Assembly: GCA_000004985.1 (NCBI GenBank)
Contig: GG739218.1
Direction: 5' to 3' (one strand)
Origin: Naegleria gruberi
Taxonomy: Eukaryota
Length of the DNA: 3,568 nucleotides
Shown here: in pieces, positions 1-3,568 of the stretch
Layout of the letters: each line of letters begins with the position of its first letter
How positions within the stretch are numbered: position 1 is the first letter of the stretch
The notes under the pieces: generated by a model
What the model was told of the DNA's origin: nothing
What the model saw: the letters and a program-made list of their open reading frames with translations, nothing else
The model's database searches: none
Made by a program: the position numbers and the translations under genes

Positions 1-330
1 TGCTCGATATCAATCATGTACTTTGATATGTGCCAATTATGTGATTTAATGGATTTAAATGAACCTCTTATTGCCTCTGAATGTATAGTTGGTCACTACG
101 TTGTAAGAAAGGAATTAGATTGTATCAAGGATATCAAAACGAACGAAGTTTTCAAAGTGGCATCTTTTTCAAAAGATTTTAATGAGATTACCTTAATTTC
201 CAACACCACCAATAAGACAAGGGAGATTAGTAGAAGTGAAGCATTTGAAATGCTCCCATGTGTTGTTGTCAAACTCCCTGATGAAGAGAAATATATTCCT
301 GTGCATTATTATGCATATCAATACTTTTAA
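1..330 (+). CDS. 3' portion of an unidentified protein-coding gene. The frame is open from base 1, so the 5' end is outside the window, and it ends at TAA 328-330. Product unknown.
   Basis: 110 consecutive sense codons in frame 1 is improbable in sequence this AT-rich. The first in-window ATG is at 16. The stop is immediately followed by or overlaps an AATAAA hexamer. I recognise no family from the translation (…EAFEMLPCVVVKLPDEEKYIPVHYYAYQYF*). Confidence 0.45.
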   Translation, partial: CSISIMYFDMCQLCDLMDLNEPLIASECIVGHYVVRKELDCIKDIKTNEVFKVASFSKDFNEITLISNTTNKTREISRSEAFEMLPCVVVKLPDEEKYIPVHYYAYQYF

Positions 331-334
331 TAAA
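329..334 (+). promoter_or_regulatory. AATAAA polyadenylation-signal-like hexamer overlapping the stop codon of the + strand ORF
   Basis: The sequence ttttAATAAAttg, with TAA at 328-330 and a second in-frame TAA at 331-333. The canonical eukaryotic poly(A) hexamer sits right at the ORF end. Such hexamers are common by chance in AT-rich DNA. Confidence 0.3.
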
Positions 335-370
335 TTGAAATTTATTGACTTGGAAATTTATTTGTTATTT

Positions 371-390
371 GAAATTGGAAAAATTTCCAA
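371..390. repeat. Short near-palindrome gaaaTTGGAAAaaTTTCCAAg, with 7-bp arms and a 2-bp spacer
   Basis: Read directly from the sequence. TTGGAAA at 374-380 is the reverse complement of TTTCCAA at 383-389. A further ttggaaattt copy lies at 350-359. Confidence 0.4.
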
Positions 391-414
391 GTTCCCTCCT
401 GCTAAGACAACTTT

Positions 415-475
415 TCGCTTGTTTGACGAAAATAGCTTGACGCAAAATCGTCAAAGTACCAGCACGCTTTGACAG
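415..475. repeat. GC-elevated block with three imperfect direct copies of GCTT(T)GAC(G/A) and one inverted TTGACG copy. Candidate protein-binding site cluster.
   Basis: Direct copies are cGCTTgTTTGACG (415-428), aGCTTGACG (434-442) and cGCTTTGACA (465-474). TTGACG at 437-442 and its reverse complement CGTCAA at 449-454 form a 6-bp stem with the 6-nt loop caaaat. TGACG is the half-site core of bZIP (ATF/CREB/TGA-type) factors, and TTGAC is the W-box core. Local GC is roughly 45-50%, against roughly 28% in the surrounding sequence. Confidence 0.4.
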
Positions 476-840
476 TAAGTGTTTAGCGGGTTTTGCAAGC
501 ACTTCAAAAATATTTTTATCGCCCTTAATAATTCAAAGAAAATGAGCATTTATTAAATCTGAAAAATAGAAAGAACGGAAACAACTTGCATCATTAAATT
601 CAAAATTAATTATTCGTTTGGACATTATTTGGAAAGAGGAAAGAGAATTAGTGACAGAGCAACACGGAGAAGAGTTCCAGTGATAGTGAACAATTAATAT
701 TGAAACCAACACATAGATTTTAAGATATAGTTACTCTCATTTACCAATATTTTGAATTAGTGGTGTCACCATCACATGTCTATAGAATTATTAAGAACAA
801 ACGTCCTATTAATTTGTAATAAATATACTATATTTCAATT

Positions 841-971
841 TTAAATTGTTGACTTTTGTACTTAATTGACTTCAGATACTGAGCCATCAATATGAAACTT
901 TCTCGGATTGTTCTCTCATCAAGGGGAGTGTATTCATATTTGATACTGGTATGATATTTTGTAAATTGACT
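841..971 (+). repeat. Recurring (A/T)AATTGACT motif
   Basis: ttAATTGACT occurs at 862-871 and taAATTGACT at 962-971. The 8-mer AATTGACT is therefore exact at 864-871 and 964-971, 100 bp apart. A related aaattgTTGACTttt lies at 843-857. Another ATTGACT lies at 344-350, 14 bp after the + ORF stop. By rough base-composition estimate, well under one copy of the 7-mer would be expected on one strand over about 700 bp. Confidence 0.35.
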
Positions 972-1026
972 GAGATGGAGTGTAATCTTTTTATTGAAAT
1001 GTGACATTTTGAAAGATTGTTATTAT
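887..1026 (-). CDS. Possible C-terminal coding tail on the minus strand, or the 3' UTR or subterminal region of the element. Translation …LSKCHISIKRLHSISVNLQNIIPVSNMNTLPLMREQSEKVSY*
   Basis: This is the only post-gap minus-strand frame that stays open, for 46 codons, down to a TGA at 887-889. The gap length is probably nominal, so continuity of frame with the transposase ORF cannot be established. I see no recognisable similarity to P-transposase C-termini. Confidence 0.15.
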
Positions 1027-2575
1027 NNNNNNNNNNNNNNNNNNNNNNNNNNNNNNNNNNNNNNNNNNNNNNNNNNNNNNNNNNNNNNNNNNNNNNNNNN
1101 NNNNNNNNNNNNNNNNNNNNNNNNNNNNNNNNNNNNNNNNNNNNNNNNNNNNNNNNNNNNNNNNNNNNNNNNNNNNNNNNNNNNNNNNNNNNNNNNNNNN
1201 NNNNNNNNNNNNNNNNNNNNNNNNNNNNNNNNNNNNNNNNNNNNNNNNNNNNNNNNNNNNNNNNNNNNNNNNNNNNNNNNNNNNNNNNNNNNNNNNNNNN
1301 NNNNNNNNNNNNNNNNNNNNNNNNNNNNNNNNNNNNNNNNNNNNNNNNNNNNNNNNNNNNNNNNNNNNNNNNNNNNNNNNNNNNNNNNNNNNNNNNNNNN
1401 NNNNNNNNNNNNNNNNNNNNNNNNNNNNNNNNNNNNNNNNNNNNNNNNNNNNNNNNNNNNNNNNNNNNNNNNNNNNNNNNNNNNNNNNNNNNNNNNNNNN
1501 NNNNNNNNNNNNNNNNNNNNNNNNNNNNNNNNNNNNNNNNNNNNNNNNNNNNNNNNNNNNNNNNNNNNNNNNNNNNNNNNNNNNNNNNNNNNNNNNNNNN
1601 NNNNNNNNNNNNNNNNNNNNNNNNNNNNNNNNNNNNNNNNNNNNNNNNNNNNNNNNNNNNNNNNNNNNNNNNNNNNNNNNNNNNNNNNNNNNNNNNNNNN
1701 NNNNNNNNNNNNNNNNNNNNNNNNNNNNNNNNNNNNNNNNNNNNNNNNNNNNNNNNNNNNNNNNNNNNNNNNNNNNNNNNNNNNNNNNNNNNNNNNNNNN
1801 NNNNNNNNNNNNNNNNNNNNNNNNNNNNNNNNNNNNNNNNNNNNNNNNNNNNNNNNNNNNNNNNNNNNNNNNNNNNNNNNNNNNNNNNNNNNNNNNNNNN
1901 NNNNNNNNNNNNNNNNNNNNNNNNNNNNNNNNNNNNNNNNNNNNNNNNNNNNNNNNNNNNNNNNNNNNNNNNNNNNNNNNNNNNNNNNNNNNNNNNNNNN
2001 NNNNNNNNNNNNNNNNNNNNNNNNNNNNNNNNNNNNNNNNNNNNNNNNNNNNNNNNNNNNNNNNNNNNNNNNNNNNNNNNNNNNNNNNNNNNNNNNNNNN
2101 NNNNNNNNNNNNNNNNNNNNNNNNNNNNNNNNNNNNNNNNNNNNNNNNNNNNNNNNNNNNNNNNNNNNNNNNNNNNNNNNNNNNNNNNNNNNNNNNNNNN
2201 NNNNNNNNNNNNNNNNNNNNNNNNNNNNNNNNNNNNNNNNNNNNNNNNNNNNNNNNNNNNNNNNNNNNNNNNNNNNNNNNNNNNNNNNNNNNNNNNNNNN
2301 NNNNNNNNNNNNNNNNNNNNNNNNNNNNNNNNNNNNNNNNNNNNNNNNNNNNNNNNNNNNNNNNNNNNNNNNNNNNNNNNNNNNNNNNNNNNNNNNNNNN
2401 NNNNNNNNNNNNNNNNNNNNNNNNNNNNNNNNNNNNNNNNNNNNNNNNNNNNNNNNNNNNNNNNNNNNNNNNNNNNNNNNNNNNNNNNNNNNNNNNNNNN
2501 NNNNNNNNNNNNNNNNNNNNNNNNNNNNNNNNNNNNNNNNNNNNNNNNNNNNNNNNNNNNNNNNNNNNNNNNNNN
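1027..2575. other. Assembly gap: an uninterrupted run of 1,549 N
   Basis: Read directly from the sequence. Every 'ORF' in the supplied track that runs through this interval is translated as X and carries no information. Confidence 1.
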
Positions 2576-3568
2576 GAATAATACAAGGTGTAGAACCAAT
2601 AGCAAATAATCTTTTTCCATTTAAAAGTTGACTAATTAACTTTCTTTGTAAATGTCTGGAATCACTGATGCCAACAAAAATATGGGCTTGTGTATCAATT
2701 TTAAGAAATGGAGCAGAATTGTAAATTGTAGATTCAGTACTAAATCTAGAAAGCACCTTGTTGAAATATGATCTATGTTCCGAAGCATTATCTCCACACA
2801 CTGAAATAATGTTTAATCCATAATCATCACACTCATCAACAATATCAAATACATATGTTTCCAATTCGCTGGTAGAATATTTAGTTTTTGGAATGACTCC
2901 AATTATAAATCCTTTCAAATTACTATTTCCATTTTTTAAATCCTCTATTCCTTCAATTGTATTTAACATGAATACTACTACATTAGAAGCAATTTCAAAT
3001 TGTTGTTCATTAGTTTGTTTCAAGAATTGCAGAAAATCCAAATCATTTTCTAATTGAATAACTTCTTCAAATCCATAAATTTTGTTGTCTGTTAAATCAA
3101 TAGAAATATCTTGATTTAGTGCTGTAGCATCAATAGATAAATTCAAAGAAATTCTATTGGATTCAGTAATTTTTCTTTCCGTGTTTCTTGAAAAAAAGCC
3201 ATGTGCTAATTTGATGAGAGTGGAGAAGGAGAGATCTGTGATTTTAGTTTTGATATTTTTTTTTAAAGTTTGTTTGGACGGAACTGGTGTTCCGTTGATT
3301 CTCATAAAATCCAATCCACTGGTGTTGTTATTCAGAGTTCTTTTGAATAAATTAATAGTTTCAGAGGAAAATCGTTTTTTAACTTTGAATAAATTCCGAA
3401 TCCAATCAAGCTTAATAATATCTTCCATAGTATGTTCTGATTTGTTCACTAGAGTTTTTAATGAATCAATTGATTTGCATAACTTGAGTTGAGATGAAGA
3501 CAGGTTGTTTTTCAATAGATTTCTCTCCGTACTTTCCTGCAATAACCTTTCATACCTTCGTTTGAGAC
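2576..3568 (-). CDS. P-element / THAP9-like transposase (Tnp_P_element family), internal fragment. Its N-terminus lies beyond the window edge and its C-terminal half is lost in the gap.
   Basis: 331 sense codons are uninterrupted on the minus strand. The frame is still open at 3568: upstream codons read …LKRRYERL- before the track's 'M', which is actually a TTG codon at 3540-3542. From memory, local matches to Drosophila P transposase are as follows. Heptad leucines (L-x6-L … L-x6-L-x6-L) match the leucine zipper. GTPVPSKQTLKKNI matches GFPLPSRTTLYRWL. ISLNLSIDATALNQDISIDLTDNKIYGFEE matches LCVLAFDEMKVAAAFEYDSSADIVYEPSDY, which holds the first catalytic D. LNIISVCGDNASEHRSYF matches LVVAIVSDLGTGNQKLW, which holds the second D. 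HIFVGISDSRHLQRKLIS matches KIFVFSDTPHLIKLVRNH. Confidence 0.75.

Larger units (their letters stand above)
887..3568 (-). mobile_element. Probable P-superfamily DNA transposon copy, or a domesticated derivative. The extent is a minimum and neither terminus is identifiable.
   Basis: Inferred from the transposase fragment. An assembly gap inside it is typical of collapsed multicopy repeats. No TIR or TSD can be defined, because the other end is off-window and the internal part is N. Confidence 0.45.

Noticed and set aside
236-472. 78-aa + strand ORF with a GTG start
   Set aside because: It overlaps the longer frame-1 ORF in a different frame, starts at a non-ATG codon, and runs on into AT-rich noncoding spacer. 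Most likely it is spurious.
415-500. Possible small RNA or tRNA gene in the GC-elevated block
   Set aside because: I could fold it into only one short hairpin. It has no tRNA cloverleaf, no T-loop GTTCRA box and no A/B box spacing.
887-2631. Four long ORFs in the supplied track (887..2620 -, 991..2586 -, 994..2631 +, 1017..2609 +) of 530-577 aa
   Set aside because: They consist almost entirely of X translated from the N run. They merely reflect the absence of stops in undetermined sequence, and most start with TTG or GTG rendered as M. They are not evidence of genes.
3157-3492. 111-aa + strand ORF
   Set aside because: It lies wholly antisense to the well-supported transposase frame. Its translation is low-complexity (LILIFFF…) and it carries no independent signals.
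3540-3542. Apparent start codon 'M' of the 839-aa minus-strand ORF
   Set aside because: The codon is TTG (reverse complement of caa at 3540-3542). The frame remains open upstream to the window edge (…LKRRYERL), so this is an internal leucine, not the initiation site.
1-3568. Prokaryotic defence or operon-type system (CRISPR array, toxin-antitoxin, RBS-led gene cluster)
   Set aside because: There are no direct-repeat/spacer arrays and no Shine-Dalgarno-led tandem genes. The composition is eukaryotic-like, and the only strong protein signal is a eukaryotic P-type transposase.

Overview
This is AT-rich eukaryotic-looking sequence, and a 1,549-bp run of N (1027-2575) hides about 43% of the window. 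The most informative element is a long minus-strand reading frame (2576-3568) that is open to the right-hand window edge and runs into the gap on its other side. Its translation shows local motif matches, recalled from memory, to P-element / THAP9-type transposases (Tnp_P_element family). These include a heptad leucine-zipper stretch, a 'PSKQTLKK' segment, a first acidic block 'ISLNLSIDATALNQD', a second 'IISVCGDNASEHRSYF', and 'HIFVGISDSRHLQRKL'. The THAP zinc-finger N-terminus would lie beyond position 3568. The third catalytic residue and the GTP-binding insertion would lie inside the gap. A second, unidentifiable coding region runs on the + strand from the window start to a TAA at 328-330, and an AATAAA hexamer overlaps that stop. 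The ~550-bp spacer (331-886) carries a GC-elevated block of direct and inverted TTGAC(G) copies, and the 341-971 stretch carries a recurring (A/T)AATTGACT motif. No prokaryotic features (RBS-led operons, CRISPR arrays, rho-independent terminators), tRNA or rRNA genes are discernible. I see no evidence for a novel multi-gene system. What can be supported is a probable P-superfamily DNA transposon copy sitting convergent to an unidentified host gene, with its ends and catalytic core hidden by the assembly gap.
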